50,601 nucleotides of DNA from Gemmatimonadales bacterium (GTDB lineage: Bacteria > Gemmatimonadota > Gemmatimonadetes > Gemmatimonadales > GWC2-71-9): assembly GCA_038253515.1 (NCBI GenBank), contig JBBSHB010000004.1, positions 1-50,601 on the forward strand, in the 5' to 3' direction. The notes beneath the pieces were generated by a model. The model worked only from the letters and a program-made list of their open reading frames with translations, ran no database searches and was not told the DNA's origin. Positions 49,536 through 50,601 of the stretch are shown here, one piece after another (position 1 is the stretch's first letter; the number at the start of each line of letters is the position of its first letter). The translations under genes were made by a program, and so were the position numbers.

Positions 49536-50601
49536 GCGTTCGCCGGCTGGCCGGGATCCCCGGCTTCGCCATCGATGAAGTTGCCGCGCGGGCCGGCGCG
49601 GATCCCCGGGTGCTCCGGCTGGAGAACCTCGACACCGACCTTCCCCCGCCGGCGGCGGCCGTCGCGGCGACTCGAGCCGCGGTCGGCACCGACGACGCCA
49701 ACAGCTATCTCCCCTTCACCGGTAGCGTCGAGCTAAGAACCGCGGTCGCGGAGCGTCTCCGGCGCCAGTCCGGCCGGGCCTACGATCCGCAGGGCGAGGT
49801 CGTGATCACGGCGGGCGGCACCGAAGGAATGCTGGACGCCCTGCTCGCCATCACCGACTCCGGTGACGAGGTCATACTCAGCGACCCGACCTACGCCGGG
49901 ATGATCAACCGGGTGCGCCTGGCGGGCGCCGTCCCCCGGCTGGTCCCCCTGGTCCACGGCAACGGCGACTGGCGTCTCGACCTCGACGCGCTCCGTGCCG
50001 CGGCCTCTTCCCGGACCCGGGCGGTGTTCCTGATGAACCCTTCGATGCCCTCGGGCGCGGTGCTCGACCGCACGGAATGGGACGCGGTCGCCCAGGTGTG
50101 CCGGGAGCGCGACTGCTGGCTGCTCTCCAACGCGGCGATGGAGCGGATCCTGTTCGACGGGCGGGCGGCGATTCACCCGGCGGCGCTCGCCGGCATGGCC
50201 GAGCGGACGATCGTGGTCGGCTCGGTGTCGAAGGAGTACCGGATGATCGGCTGGCGGATCGGCTGGGTGGCGGGACCCCGAGCCATCCTGGGTGACATCG
50301 CCCGGGTCCATCTGTACAACGTGGTGAGTCCGACGGGTATCGCCCAGTCGGGCGCGGTCGCGGCACTCAACGCACCGCCCGCCGATCTCGCGGCCGCCCT
50401 GGCCGAATGGGAGCGGCGGCGCGACGCCGTGCTGCTCGCCCTCGGCGGGTTCCCCATCATGGGTGCGGCCGGAGGCTGGTCGATGCTCCTCGACGTCCGG
50501 ACGATGGGCCACGATTCCTTCACCGCCTCCCGGCTGCTGCTGGAGCGGGGCCGCGTGGCCGCGACCCCGATGCGGGACTGGGGTGAGGTGAATGGCGACC
50601 G
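49532..50601 (+). CDS. PLP-dependent aminotransferase class I/II (3'-partial; missing from the ORF track)
   Basis: GTGA overlap with glpD; own translation gives VSVRRLAGIPGF...DPTYAG...MNPSMPSG...GSVSKEYRMIGWRIGW. Confidence 0.9.
   Translation, partial: MSVRRLAGIPGFAIDEVAARAGADPRVLRLENLDTDLPPPAAAVAATRAAVGTDDANSYLPFTGSVELRTAVAERLRRQSGRAYDPQGEVVITAGGTEGMLDALLAITDSGDEVILSDPTYAGMINRVRLAGAVPRLVPLVHGNGDWRLDLDALRAAASSRTRAVFLMNPSMPSGAVLDRTEWDAVAQVCRERDCWLLSNAAMERILFDGRAAIHPAALAGMAERTIVVGSVSKEYRMIGWRIGWVAGPRAILGDIARVHLYNVVSPTGIAQSGAVAALNAPPADLAAALAEWERRRDAVLLALGGFPIMGAAGGWSMLLDVRTMGHDSFTASRLLLERGRVAATPMRDWGEVNGD

Overview
A GC-rich (about 70%), densely coding bacterial window. Gene content and protein style suggest Gemmatimonadota, which is an inference. 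About 50 CDS are present: methionine synthesis (3' end of metH, a YitJ-type Hcy-methyltransferase/MTHFR fusion), peptide scavenging (OPT transporter, M42, two M28 peptidases), DNA repair (PolX-PHP, Nth, topoisomerase IB), an ECF sigma/anti-sigma pair, two Ser/Thr kinases, an Hpt-REC-REC-GGDEF protein, Lon, fused 2-oxoacid dehydrogenase E1, RsgA, PRODH, FadI/FadJ and GlpD. I found no rRNA, tRNA, CRISPR array or transposase. The most notable signals are: (1) the palindrome GTGAC-N4-GTCAC in three intergenic regions, each 22-23 nt upstream of a TAnnnT hexamer (class II CRP/FNR geometry), ahead of stress-type genes, suggesting a regulon; (2) secreted proteins packed with D-(S/T)-(A/I/L/M/T/V) motifs matching the Bacteroidota O-glycosylation sequon; (3) a PolX with a broken polymerase triad but intact PHP domain; (4) three apparent gene remnants; (5) a REP-like inverted repeat; (6) two sigma54 promoters.
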